A program made the position numbers and the translations under genes. Positions 40,064 through 49,816 of a DNA stretch of 64,000 nt are shown piece by piece. Origin of the DNA: an uncultured bacterium. Its GTDB lineage: Bacteria; Auribacterota; Erginobacteria; Erginobacterales; Erginobacteraceae. Each line of letters opens with the position of its first letter. The stretch's first letter is position 1. The stretch is taken from NCBI GenBank assembly GCA_963822585.1, contig CAWGIE010000017.1, positions 48,079 through 112,078 of the forward strand, in the 5' to 3' direction. The notes below the pieces were generated by a model, which saw nothing but the letters and a program-made list of their open reading frames with translations, searched no databases and was not told the origin of the DNA.

Positions 40064-41694
40064 AGAAATACATTGCGGCACTGATCGTGCTTCTCCTCAT
40101 CCTGGCCGTTATCGATTATTATTCCTATACTCCGCCCCTCCTCGACCGTGGTTCCCGGAACCCGCTGGAAATCATTCACGACACGATCGCTTTTATCTGG
40201 TATTACACCGGGGCGGTCTGGAATGAAGGGTCTCATGCGGAGAAAGCGAGAATGCGCCGGATGACGCTGGCTGTCTGGTACCGTCCCTCCCTGAGCGAGA
40301 AGGTCCTCGGTCTTCCATCCGACGATCTCAGCGGCCTGGCCGAACGGTTCGAAAGCCGGGGACTGCCCGTACAGGCGGCCGCGCTTTTCGCGGCCGGCTA
40401 CGAGAGGGGAGAGCGTGGCGCCGACCGGGCCGAAAAAACACTGCGATCCTGTGCCGTACTGGGCGCCTGGGATGAGGTCATCGAGGTCGCCCGACGAGCG
40501 GTAGCCGACAACCCCGGCTACCGGGAGGGCTACTACTGGTGGGGAAGAGCCCTGCTGGAAAAAGACCGCCCCCGGGAAGCGCTGGAGATTTTCCTATCCG
40601 CCCCCGAAAGCGCCGACCAGCACTACCGGCGGGGGCTCGCCCGGCAGAAAATCGGGGAGACCTTCGAGGCCGTGCGCGAGTATCTCCGGGCCGTGGAGCT
40701 CTCACCGGGGAACCGGGCGTCCTGGACGGCGCTCTCCAACCTATACGCGGATCAAGGAGAGATCCGGATGGCGGACGCGGCCGGGGGGCGAGCCCGGGGA
40801 TTGACACCGGAGGTTTCCTCATCGGTCCGGTTCGGGACCAGCCTCATCTTCCGTGGTCACCAGCGGCTCCCGGAAAAGATCGAGGGCGAAGAGGAATTCC
40901 CCTTCACTTTTTTCTACGAATGCCTCCCCGGGGCGGAAGAGACGGTCATCCCCCGCCTGCGGTTCCAAGCCGGCTATTTCCAGAAGCTGGTTACCCTCTC
41001 CCCCGTCGTCCTCCATCCCGCGGCGGCGGGCGAGATCCGCCGCGTCGCCGCCACGGTCGCGCTCCCCTGGAATATCTGTCCTCTCCCTTCGACGGTAACG
41101 ATAAGCTTCCTCAACCGGGCGGGGGTCCCGCTGCGGATTCCCGGCTCCAGCGAAAGCGAACTTCTCCTGGGACCGGTCGACATCGTTGCCCGGATCTTCC
41201 CCAGCGCCGTGGTTCAGCCCGGGAAGAATGACACCAGTCTGGACATGAAGACCGTCCTGGCGGGAACCGCCGAGGTCCACACGGAGGTAGGGAGGGAAAA
41301 CCGGTGCCGGGGGCTGGGGATCATATCCTTCACCGAAGGCAGCACTTCCCTCCCCGGGGGAACCGAGATCGCCCGGACCGAATGCTGGACCGCCGATGGG
41401 AAACGGTTCGATTTCCCGATCCGTCTGGGCGAAGAGACCGCCGACCGCTGGCTGGAATCCCGCGCTCCGGGAAGAGCCCGTCATTCCCCGGCCCGGATAT
41501 TCTCCTCCCACCGGGAAGAACGGAAGGGAAAAGTATTTAATTCCCACTCTTACCGGACGGTGCTACCTTTCCCCGCGACTGCTGAGCTGAAGTTAATCAA
41601 AATGACGTACACGTGTCCCCAGGGAGGAAGCTGGGTTATTGAGTCCCTCTTCCTGGCGGAGGGCGATGAAAACGGGGACGGCGGCGGATCATGA
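40060..41694 (+). CDS. TPR-containing membrane-anchored or exported protein
   Basis: N-terminal TM and TPR-like repeats (YYWWGRALL, HYRRGLA, YLRAVELSP). ATGA overlaps with both neighbours. Confidence 0.75.
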   Translation: MKKYIAALIVLLLILAVIDYYSYTPPLLDRGSRNPLEIIHDTIAFIWYYTGAVWNEGSHAEKARMRRMTLAVWYRPSLSEKVLGLPSDDLSGLAERFESRGLPVQAAALFAAGYERGERGADRAEKTLRSCAVLGAWDEVIEVARRAVADNPGYREGYYWWGRALLEKDRPREALEIFLSAPESADQHYRRGLARQKIGETFEAVREYLRAVELSPGNRASWTALSNLYADQGEIRMADAAGGRARGLTPEVSSSVRFGTSLIFRGHQRLPEKIEGEEEFPFTFFYECLPGAEETVIPRLRFQAGYFQKLVTLSPVVLHPAAAGEIRRVAATVALPWNICPLPSTVTISFLNRAGVPLRIPGSSESELLLGPVDIVARIFPSAVVQPGKNDTSLDMKTVLAGTAEVHTEVGRENRCRGLGIISFTEGSTSLPGGTEIARTECWTADGKRFDFPIRLGEETADRWLESRAPGRARHSPARIFSSHREERKGKVFNSHSYRTVLPFPATAELKLIKMTYTCPQGGSWVIESLFLAEGDENGDGGGS

Positions 41695-42989
41695 AAAAAT
41701 CAAGCCTGGCCCGGGACACGGTCACCACCACGGTCTGGAGCAGCATCGGTAAGGCGGCGGGACTGGCGATTCCTTTCTTCATCGCCGGATGGTTCGGTTC
41801 CACCGGCAAGACCGACGCCTTCTTTTTCTGTTTCGCCTGGGTGACCGGTTTCTCGACCATCTTCTCAATGGCGCTGGAGAGCGTCATCGTCCCCTATATC
41901 GCTCAAGCCCGGTCGCGGGCCTCCGCTACCGGAGATTTCGTGGGCCGGGTGATGGTAGAGGGAACCATCGGGGTGGCCTGCCTGACCGCGGCCTTTGTCG
42001 GTCTCCTGACGGTCCTGCTCCCCGTCATTACCCGGTTCTCGCCCGAGGATTTGAGCCTGGTCCGCTCGCTCCTCTGGGAGACCTCCCCCCTGATCATTTT
42101 GATGCTGAACAGCAGCATCCTGGCCGGGTTCCTGAACGCCAGCAAGCGTTTCGCGCTGCCGGCGGTCTCCCCCGGATTCCGGGCCCTGGCGGCGGTCCTC
42201 CTCATCCTGGCCTGCAGAAACGTGCTCGGGATCCATGCCGTCCCCATCGGCTACGTTCTGGGAGAGGCGGCCAGGCTGGCGCTGCTCTACCTGGGCATCC
42301 GGCGGCTGGGCGTCCGGCTGAGCCGGGGCAGAAAAACCCCGGTCGGGGATTTCTTCGCCGTGGCCGGCCGGCAGATCGTGGGTATGGTCGCCATCTCCAT
42401 GATCCCCGTGGCGGACAAGACAATGGCTTCCTGGCTGGCGGCCGGGAGCATCTCCAACCTCTTCTACGCGGAACGGCTCTACCAGATCCCCGTCCTTTTT
42501 CTCAGCGGCGGACTCCTGGTCACCCTCCTCTCCCACTGGTCGAGTTCGATCTACGCGGGAAAGACCGTTACCCGGAGTATCCGCAAGGCGATGCTGGTCG
42601 TCGGCGGAGTCTCCCTCGGCCTCCTCCTGGTCATGCTCGCTCTGAGAGGGCCCCTCGTCCGGCTGGCTTATGGGCGCCCCGACTTCCCGGCCGCGGCACT
42701 GGAAGAAGTGTCGCTCCTCTACCTGATCCTCATCTTCGTCAGCGTCCCCGAGCTGATCAGCATCGTTCTCACCCGGGTCTGCATCCTCTATAAACAGACC
42801 CAGGTCATCCGGGACCTGGGGGTGCTCCGCCTGCTGCTCAAGATCGGGTTCAACCTGCTCTTCATGACCTGGTGGGGCATCTACGGCCTCGCCCTCTCCG
42901 CCCTGATCACCATGTTTCTTTCCCTCTTTTACCTCTGGTGGAGAACCGGCCGGGTCGATAAAAATCTTCCGGCGCGTCCCAGCCCCTGA
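41691..42989 (+). CDS. MurJ/MviN-like (MOP superfamily) flippase
   Basis: IAGWFGSTGKTDAFF, F-x-LPA, DKTMAS..GSISNLFYAERL, GIYGLALS. Confidence 0.85.
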   Translation: MKKSSLARDTVTTTVWSSIGKAAGLAIPFFIAGWFGSTGKTDAFFFCFAWVTGFSTIFSMALESVIVPYIAQARSRASATGDFVGRVMVEGTIGVACLTAAFVGLLTVLLPVITRFSPEDLSLVRSLLWETSPLIILMLNSSILAGFLNASKRFALPAVSPGFRALAAVLLILACRNVLGIHAVPIGYVLGEAARLALLYLGIRRLGVRLSRGRKTPVGDFFAVAGRQIVGMVAISMIPVADKTMASWLAAGSISNLFYAERLYQIPVLFLSGGLLVTLLSHWSSSIYAGKTVTRSIRKAMLVVGGVSLGLLLVMLALRGPLVRLAYGRPDFPAAALEEVSLLYLILIFVSVPELISIVLTRVCILYKQTQVIRDLGVLRLLLKIGFNLLFMTWWGIYGLALSALITMFLSLFYLWWRTGRVDKNLPARPSP

Positions 42990-43061
42990 TTTGCTGCTGC
43001 GGATTAATTATCTTACTGTAAAATCAAGTTTTAAGATTTCATCTTGAGAAACGAAGCAATT

Positions 43062-43152
43062 AACCACAAAGTACACGAAGAATAGTAAAGGAACAAATAC
43101 ACCCTGCTTTCGATTTGTTTATTCTTCGTGGTTTTCGTGTCCTTCGTGGTTT
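43062..43152. repeat. 9-bp-unit palindrome, same family as 342-489
   Basis: AACCACAAAGTACACGAAGAA ... TTCTTCGTGGTTTTCGTGTCCTTCGTGGTT. Confidence 0.8.
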
Positions 43153-43201
43153 CCTGAATTTTCTTTTCAATAGATAGATGCTGAGAACGGTGTGTACTGG
43201 A

Positions 43202-44518
43202 ATGAACATTGTCATCCTGAACATGAGCGACGATCGCAATAAAGGCGATCTGGCGATCCTGGAGAGCACCGTCGGTCTGCTCCGGCAAAGATACCCCGGG
43301 TGCTCCCTCTCTCTCTTCAACGTCGACTACTCGGAAAGAGAGCTTCGTCAGCCGGCCGGAAGGGACCGGCTGCGGCACCTGGACCTGAAAGCCCACCGGG
43401 GGGCGTTCTTTCCCCGGATCTTCACCGGGAAAGGCCGGGCGTTGGACGTACTCCGGGCCGTTTGGAGCCTGCTCCGTTCCCTCTGGGTGGGGGGAGCGGT
43501 CTTCTTCCTGGGCCGAAGCGCCCCGGCCCTGCTGGCCGGATCCTCCCGGGCAAAAATAGCCGAACTGGCCCGGGCAGAGCTGGTCGTGGTCAAGGGAGGC
43601 GGATATCTCTACTCTTTCGGCGGAGCGGCCCAGCTTCTGTATTTGGGCCGGCACCTCTTCCCGGCGCTGCTGGCCGTCCGCCTGAAAAAAAAGGTTGTCG
43701 CCCTGGGCCATTCGATCGGGCCTTTCCGGGGCCGGACGGCCTCCGCCCTGGCCGTCTATTCCCTCCGCCGGCTGGACCGGATCGCGGTCAGGGACCGGTC
43801 TTCCCTGGATCTGCTCCGCTCTCTCCTCGCCCCGGTTGCCTCCGGTGTCTCCCTTCTCCCCGATCTGGCTTTCCGGGGCCGGGCGGCCGAGGAGAAGGAG
43901 ACGCCCTTCGACCTGGCGGAGTTCCTCCGCCGGGAGGGTATCACGGAGAACGGGGTGCCCCGCTTCCGGATCGGACTCACGGTCAGAAGGTTTCGCCGCT
44001 GGCATTTCCCGGAATGTTCCGATCCGGAAAGGCTCTTCGAGAACTATCTCCGGGCGATCGTCGATACCATCGAATGGCTGCGACGGGAACAGAACGCCCG
44101 GGTTTACATCATGCCCCACGCCCTGGAAGACCTCGACGCCGGAGAGGAGGTGCGGCGGAGGGCCGGTAAGGCGGATCCGTTCCTGCTCCGGGGGGACTAC
44201 CCGACCGCGACCTTGCGCCGTCTCTACGGGGTGATGGACGGTTTTATCGCCACCCGGATCCACTCCGCCCTCTTCGCCCTCGGCGAGGGGACACCCACCC
44301 TGGCAATCGGTTATGAAATGAACAAGGCCTATGGTATAGTAGGGAGGGCATGGGAAAAAGACGCCGTCCTCGATGTCCGGGCAATCACCTTCGATGACCT
44401 CCGGGCAAAGATGGAACGTATCCTTAAAGAAGGTAAGGACCTGCGCCGGGTCATCTCCCGCCGCGTCGGGGGACTCCGGCGGGAAATCGACGACTCCCTG
44501 GGAAGCATATTGAATTAA
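43202..44518 (+). CDS. Polysaccharide pyruvyl transferase (WcaK-like)
   Basis: NKGDLAI, KGGG, HSIGPF, VRDRSS, PDLAF, TRIHS. Confidence 0.92.
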   Translation: MNIVILNMSDDRNKGDLAILESTVGLLRQRYPGCSLSLFNVDYSERELRQPAGRDRLRHLDLKAHRGAFFPRIFTGKGRALDVLRAVWSLLRSLWVGGAVFFLGRSAPALLAGSSRAKIAELARAELVVVKGGGYLYSFGGAAQLLYLGRHLFPALLAVRLKKKVVALGHSIGPFRGRTASALAVYSLRRLDRIAVRDRSSLDLLRSLLAPVASGVSLLPDLAFRGRAAEEKETPFDLAEFLRREGITENGVPRFRIGLTVRRFRRWHFPECSDPERLFENYLRAIVDTIEWLRREQNARVYIMPHALEDLDAGEEVRRRAGKADPFLLRGDYPTATLRRLYGVMDGFIATRIHSALFALGEGTPTLAIGYEMNKAYGIVGRAWEKDAVLDVRAITFDDLRAKMERILKEGKDLRRVISRRVGGLRREIDDSLGSILN

Positions 44519-44570
44519 CCCGGTCCATTCTCGTCGCCGGATAGCGATCGTGACGCTTATTGTGAGCACA

Positions 44571-44667
44571 GGGAATAATGGAGTGATGGAATGATGGAGT
44601 AATGGACGGCCGGAGAGCCGGGTAACAGGCCCCATTACTCCATCACTCCAATATTCCACCATTCCCT
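44571..44667. repeat. Palindrome with 8-bp tandem units (ATGGAGTA / TACTCCAT)
   Basis: GGGAATAATGGAGTGATGGAATGATGGAGTAATGG ... CCATTACTCCATCACTCCAATATTCCACCATTCCC. Confidence 0.88.
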
Positions 44668-44709
44668 TTTATCAGTTCTGCGAGGCCAAGCCCTCGGCTG
44701 GATTCCAAG

Positions 44710-46203
44710 ATGATCAGATTCTCGAACAAAGCCTCATCCCTCGCCTCCCATCTGGCCCTCGGCGCTTTTCTGGTCCTCTCGGTCTCCTTCGTCATTTTCC
44801 TGGGGAACTTCCTCCCGCCCCCGCGGCTGCAGGCGGCGGTGGCCGGCGGATTTTTTCTCCTCCTGGCCGGCATTCTATTTCTCCGTTTCCCTCACCGCGT
44901 CCTGATGGCCACGGGCGCCTTCCTTCTTCTCCAGGATCTGCTGGGCAGGAACCTGGAAGCAGTCGCCCCCGGAATGGAAGAAGCGGTCAAGCACGGAGAC
45001 GAAGCCCTGATCGTCGTCTTCTTCCTCATCACCTTTTTCCGGGCCGCGGCCCGGAGGACGCCGGTCCGCCGGTCCCGGCTGGAAATTCCCCTGATCGGAT
45101 TTGTCGTCGTCTCCCTGCTGGGCAGCGCCATCGCCTCCGCGCCGTTCGGCATCACGCTCCTGCAGCTCTTCCTCTACCTGAAAGGATTTCTCCTGCTCTT
45201 CATCATCATGCAGCTTCCGGTCGATGAAAATACGGCCCGGCGCTACGCCCGATTCTTTACCGGGGCCGGACTCCTGATCCTCCTAACCGGGCTGATCGAC
45301 CTGATCGATCCGCTCTGGTTCCGGACCACCTTCCGCACGGTTGCCAGCGGCGAGATCGTCATCGAACAGAGGTACGGCATCACCAGCGTCAAGTCCATCT
45401 TCACGCACCCCGGGGTCTTCGGCTGGTTTACCGCCTTCATCGCCCTTTACGGGTACGCCTTCTACATGACCTATAACCGCGCCCGGTACCTCTGGCTCGG
45501 AGTGCTCTTTTCCGTCGGCAGCTTCCTCTCCATGCGCCGACGGAACCTCTCCGGGATCGCCGGGGCGCTGGCCGGCGCCCTCTGGCTCCAGCCCCTGGCC
45601 AAAAAGATCCGGTACGGGATCGTGATCGGGGCCAGCGCCGTCATCTTCACCATCCTGGCCTGGCCGAAGATAGAAGGGCTTTTCCGCGACCTGGGCGCCG
45701 TCTACATCACCCCGGATAATCCCCGGGAAGAGGCCCGGAACGTTCTCTACATAACGTCGCGCACCCTGCTCAACGATTATTTTCCCTGGGGGGCCGGCCT
45801 GGGGAGGTTCGGGAGCTGGATGAGCCAGGTCCATTACAGCCCGCTCTATAAAAAATACGGACTGAGCGGGACCTACGGCATCACCAGGAAAAACCCGAAG
45901 TATATCACCGACACCTTCTGGCCCGCGATCATCGGGGAGACGGGATTGCTGGGCCTGATTTTTTATCTCTGGATCTGTTTCCGGATTTTCCGGCTTCTCT
46001 ATCGGCAGGCGAAAAGGGCGGACACCCTTTTCGAGAGAGCGTTTACTCTGGGCACCCTGATGATTTTTATCGAGAGCCTGATCGAAAGCGTGGCCGGGGC
46101 GGTCTACACCAGCCCCCCGGCCGTGTATTTCATCTTCGGAAGCGTGGGGCTTGCCTTAGCCTTGCCTCGATATACGAATCAACCAGACAAGACAGTGTAT
46201 TAA
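44710..46203 (+). CDS. O-antigen ligase/Wzy-like polymerase
   Basis: About 12 TMs, SIFTHP, PWGAGLGRF, IIGETGLLG. Confidence 0.82.
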   Translation: MIRFSNKASSLASHLALGAFLVLSVSFVIFLGNFLPPPRLQAAVAGGFFLLLAGILFLRFPHRVLMATGAFLLLQDLLGRNLEAVAPGMEEAVKHGDEALIVVFFLITFFRAAARRTPVRRSRLEIPLIGFVVVSLLGSAIASAPFGITLLQLFLYLKGFLLLFIIMQLPVDENTARRYARFFTGAGLLILLTGLIDLIDPLWFRTTFRTVASGEIVIEQRYGITSVKSIFTHPGVFGWFTAFIALYGYAFYMTYNRARYLWLGVLFSVGSFLSMRRRNLSGIAGALAGALWLQPLAKKIRYGIVIGASAVIFTILAWPKIEGLFRDLGAVYITPDNPREEARNVLYITSRTLLNDYFPWGAGLGRFGSWMSQVHYSPLYKKYGLSGTYGITRKNPKYITDTFWPAIIGETGLLGLIFYLWICFRIFRLLYRQAKRADTLFERAFTLGTLMIFIESLIESVAGAVYTSPPAVYFIFGSVGLALALPRYTNQPDKTVY

Positions 46204-46427
46204 TTCACCGTTTCGCAATATCAATAATCTTATTTTTTCTTCGAAAAAATAAGAATGAAATACACTAAGCCTACGGAAGAATTATATCCAGGACCTTCAC
46301 GTCGGCTGATGTATAAAAGCCTTTTTTGCGCAATTGCCTTGATAGAATTATGTTTGTTTAAGCAACAGACCCCGATTGAATAAATCGGGGTCCACTATAA
46401 ATTTGCGAGCGCAGCGAGCTAATTTAT

Positions 46428-47639
46428 ATGAAGACAACCGTCACCATCATCCATCCCGTGGACCCGGGCGGGGTGAAGATCGGGGGGATCAGCTCCCTGA
46501 TCAGGGATTTTATCCGGTTCGCCCCCGCCGACTTCGACCTCCGGCTGGTGGGCATAACCGCCGGTGAGGACCCTCTTCCCTCCGGGAGGTGGCATCACTG
46601 CCCGATCGGAGAGCGCTCCGTCTTCTTCTTCCCGCTCCACCATGCCCGGGGCCTGGAGAAAAAAAGCCCGATCCCCCTCTCCGTCCTCTTCACCCTCAAA
46701 AGCGTCCTTTACCGCCGGAGGATATTTCCTAACATCGCCGGATCCATCCTTCATTTCCACCGGCCGGAATGCGCCCTCCCTTTCCTGAAGGCCCGGGAGC
46801 CCCGGGTCCTTTTTTCTCACTCCGATCCGGCCGGGATGGGGAGCGTCCACTCCTCCAGCAGGTGGAGAACCGTTCCCGAGGCCTACTTCCTGCTCGAGAA
46901 GACGGTCATGAACAAAATGGAACGGATCTACTGCGTCAACCGGGACGGTCTGGCCTTCTACCGCCAGCGGCTTCCGCTTCTCAAAGATAAATTCGAATTC
47001 CTGCCCACCGGTTTCAATAACCGGGTCTTTTACCGCCGGGAGAAGCCGGAGATCCGGGCCCAGAAGGAGTCTTTCTGCCGGCGCTACGGCCTTCCTCCGG
47101 CGACCAGGATCGTTCTTTTCGCCGGGCGTTTCGTCGAGCCGAAAAACCTTCCCCTGCTCCTGGAGACTTTCCGGATCTGCCGCGGCCGGGAACGTGACCT
47201 CAAGCTGGTGCTGATCGGTGAAGGTCCCCTGGAGGAGACCATCCGGTCCCGGGCGAACGATCTCGGCCTGAAGGGGGACGCGCTCTTCCTGGGACGCCAG
47301 CCCCCGGAGAAGATCGCCCGGGTGGCCAATTTCGCTTCGGTCTTCCTCCTGACGTCGGCCTTCGAGGGGATGCCGGTCTCGCTTCTGGAAGCCATGCACT
47401 GCGGGCTCCCGGCCGTCGTCTCGGGAGCGGGGGAGACCAAAAACGTGGTCGGGGACGGCTCCTCCGGCAGGGTGGTTTCGGGCGGAGGCCCCCGGGAACT
47501 GGCCCAAGCCGTCCTGGAGGTCATCTCCCGGCCGGGACAATACCGGCCGGAAAACGCCGTCGCGGCGGCGGAGCCTTATATGGTTGAAAAAATTTTCCGG
47601 AAAGTCTATGCTGATCAGCGGACGATCGAATATGGATAA
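46428..47639 (+). CDS. Glycosyltransferase family 4
   Basis: FAGRFVEPKN, IGEGPL, TSAFEGMPVSLLEAM. Confidence 0.94.
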   Translation: MKTTVTIIHPVDPGGVKIGGISSLIRDFIRFAPADFDLRLVGITAGEDPLPSGRWHHCPIGERSVFFFPLHHARGLEKKSPIPLSVLFTLKSVLYRRRIFPNIAGSILHFHRPECALPFLKAREPRVLFSHSDPAGMGSVHSSSRWRTVPEAYFLLEKTVMNKMERIYCVNRDGLAFYRQRLPLLKDKFEFLPTGFNNRVFYRREKPEIRAQKESFCRRYGLPPATRIVLFAGRFVEPKNLPLLLETFRICRGRERDLKLVLIGEGPLEETIRSRANDLGLKGDALFLGRQPPEKIARVANFASVFLLTSAFEGMPVSLLEAMHCGLPAVVSGAGETKNVVGDGSSGRVVSGGGPRELAQAVLEVISRPGQYRPENAVAAAEPYMVEKIFRKVYADQRTIEYG

Positions 47640-48084
47640 AATAGCCTTAATCTGTTCTTCGGGCGGCCACCTTTTTCAGCTCTTCCGCCTCCGGGACTCC
47701 TTCGAAAAATATCCCCGGTTCTGGGTCACCTTCCTGACCGAGGACGCCCAGGTTCTGCTCAAGAACGAAAAGGTGTACTGCGCCTACTCACCCACCAACC
47801 GGAACGTTATCAATTTCATCAGGAATTTTTTCCTGGCCCTCAAGATCGTCAGGAAGGAACGCCCGACGGTAATGATCTCCACCGGGGCCGGGGTGGCGGT
47901 TCCCTTTTTCTACCTGGGACGGATGCTGGGGATTAAAACCATCTACCTCGAATCCCTGGCCCGGATCGACGATCTCTCGCTCTCCGGGAAGATGGTCTAT
48001 CACTTCGCCGATCATTTCCTGGTTCAGTGGGAAGACCTGGCCCGCCGGTATAAAAAAGCGGTATACGCGGGGAAAGTAATATGA
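47632..48084 (+). CDS. PssD/Cps14F (Alg14-like) glycosyltransferase subunit
   Basis: CSSGGHL, ISTGAGVAVPF, YLESLAR, SLSGK, VQW. Confidence 0.92.
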   Translation: MDKIALICSSGGHLFQLFRLRDSFEKYPRFWVTFLTEDAQVLLKNEKVYCAYSPTNRNVINFIRNFFLALKIVRKERPTVMISTGAGVAVPFFYLGRMLGIKTIYLESLARIDDLSLSGKMVYHFADHFLVQWEDLARRYKKAVYAGKVI

Positions 48085-48581
48085 TCTTCGTCACCGTCGG
48101 CTACAGTCAATACTCGTTCGACCGGATGGTCTCCACCGTGGACAACGTGCTCCTCTGGCTGGGGGTCAAGAGGGACGACGTCTTCTTCCAGATCGGCCCG
48201 GCGAACTACGTGCCCCGAAGCGGCCCCTGCTGCACCTTCCTCAACTTCGACAACGTTCTCCACTACATTAAATCTTCCAATCTGGTCATTACCCACGCCG
48301 GCGTGGGCAGCATCCTGCTCTGCCTGATCAACAACCGGAATCCGATCGTTTTTCCCCGGCTGCGTAAATTCGGCGAACACGTGGACGATCACCAGCTTCA
48401 GATCGCCAGCCGGCTGAGCGAAAGCGGCCTGGTCTATTACCCGACCGGGGTGGAGGAGCTCAAGGATACCGTCAGGAGCCATCTCGGGGAGGGGAAAGAG
48501 ATTCCTTCTCTCCCCGAGGTCACCGAAGAACGGGGCCGGCTCATCAAAACCATCAATTCCCTGATTACCGGGCTTGCTTAA
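48081..48581 (+). CDS. PssE/Cps14G (Alg13-like) glycosyltransferase subunit
   Basis: MIFVTVG, FDR, ITHAGVGS, PR..FGEHVDDHQ. Confidence 0.92.
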   Translation: MIFVTVGYSQYSFDRMVSTVDNVLLWLGVKRDDVFFQIGPANYVPRSGPCCTFLNFDNVLHYIKSSNLVITHAGVGSILLCLINNRNPIVFPRLRKFGEHVDDHQLQIASRLSESGLVYYPTGVEELKDTVRSHLGEGKEIPSLPEVTEERGRLIKTINSLITGLA

Positions 48582-48775
48582 CTTGCTGCTTAGGAATTTC
48601 CCCGATAGCTATCGGGCTCCCGATTGTCATGGGGACAATAATGAACAAATATTATTATTTGGGCATGAATTGTTGGATTACAATTCATCCCGGTGATAAT
48701 AATTCTTTCCCCTTGATTCGAACAAAACCAACTATCTAAATTAGCGCCTCAGGCGCTAATTTATGAAGGAGAAAA

Positions 48776-49015
48776 ATGAGAGAAAAGATCGCGTTCCTAC
48801 TGGCGGCCGTGTGCCTGGCCGGCTGTGCCTCAACCACGACGCCGGACGAAAAGTTCAACAAAATCGACACCAACTGCGACCGATGCATTTCCTGGCAGGA
48901 ATACAAGGCTTACCGGCCGGACGCGGATAAAGACTCTTTCCTGCGCGCCGACCAAAACCGGGATGAGAGGATCGACAGCAGCGAGTGGCGCCTCGGCGGA
49001 GGATATTTCTTTTGA
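48776..49015 (+). CDS. EF-hand lipoprotein
   Basis: LAGC lipobox; DTNCDRCISWQE and DQNRDERIDSSE loops; AGGAG RBS. Confidence 0.82.
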   Translation: MREKIAFLLAAVCLAGCASTTTPDEKFNKIDTNCDRCISWQEYKAYRPDADKDSFLRADQNRDERIDSSEWRLGGGYFF

Positions 49016-49218
49016 TGACAAACCGAACGGAAATCACGGAAAAAGACCGGAAAGCGGCCCAGGGGTGTGTGGACTGCCCGATCTGCAAACGGGCCCGGAA
49101 GAAGCAGAAAGGAATCGCCTTTTTCTTCGTCAAATTCCTGGAACGGGGACTCTGTCCTGACTGCCGGGCCTATGAGAAAGTATCCGGTCGGAAAGCCCAC
49201 GAACCGCTACCGGAATAA
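49015..49218 (+). CDS. Small Cys-rich hypothetical protein
   Basis: CVDCPIC...CPDCRAYE; TGATG coupling to the upstream gene. Confidence 0.7.
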   Translation: MTNRTEITEKDRKAAQGCVDCPICKRARKKQKGIAFFFVKFLERGLCPDCRAYEKVSGRKAHEPLPE

Positions 49219-49286
49219 TCCTATTCAGGGCGCTGGTGGGGCCCTTGAAAAGGATTAGTTTTAACCAGGATAATGAGGATTACGGC

Positions 49287-49652
49287 ATGAAGCCACTTCC
49301 GAAAAAAATGATGATCAGGCTGCTCATCGCCGCCCTCCTTCTTTCTCCGTTTTCGGTTTCCATCGCCCGCGACGACCGGGAGAAGGCGGAGAGACGAAAG
49401 GAAGAGGCCCAGAGGGAAACGGAGAGACGACGGGAAGACGCCCGGGAAGAAGCGGAAAGACGGAGGGAAGAAGCCCGGGAACGAAGAGAAGACGACTTCT
49501 GGTGGCGAAAAGAAAGGACGGCGTGGGGGAGGGAAGATGCCTGGGAACGGAGGGATCGGTTTATCTACTTTTCCCCCCGGGCCGGCGAGCGCAAGATGGA
49601 TTCATTTTTCCACTCTCGCCGATGGGGCCGCTGGCCCCAACGCAGAAGATAA
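49287..49652 (+). CDS. Secreted low-complexity E/R-rich protein
   Basis: Signal peptide followed by ERRREEA-type repeats. Confidence 0.55.
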   Translation: MKPLPKKMMIRLLIAALLLSPFSVSIARDDREKAERRKEEAQRETERRREDAREEAERRREEARERREDDFWWRKERTAWGREDAWERRDRFIYFSPRAGERKMDSFFHSRRWGRWPQRRR

Positions 49653-49816
49653 GCCGGGATGATCAACACATAATGGTTCTCCTCCCTTATGTGTGGGTAA
49701 TTATGGGCCACCTCCTCCCGGGGGAATAGAAGTGCCGTGGAGCCGAGCCTCTCTTCCTCCCAGGAGGAGGGGAGCGAAGCTGCTTTATTCCCCCTCCCTT
49801 GATGGGAGGGGGTTAG

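Noticed and set aside
41691..42989. Calling this gene the housekeeping murJ
   Set aside because: It is short and embedded in a polysaccharide operon; more likely the repeat-unit flippase, so no symbol was given.
49380..49500. GA-rich tandem-like DNA as a non-coding repeat array
   Set aside because: Explained by the E/R-rich coding sequence.
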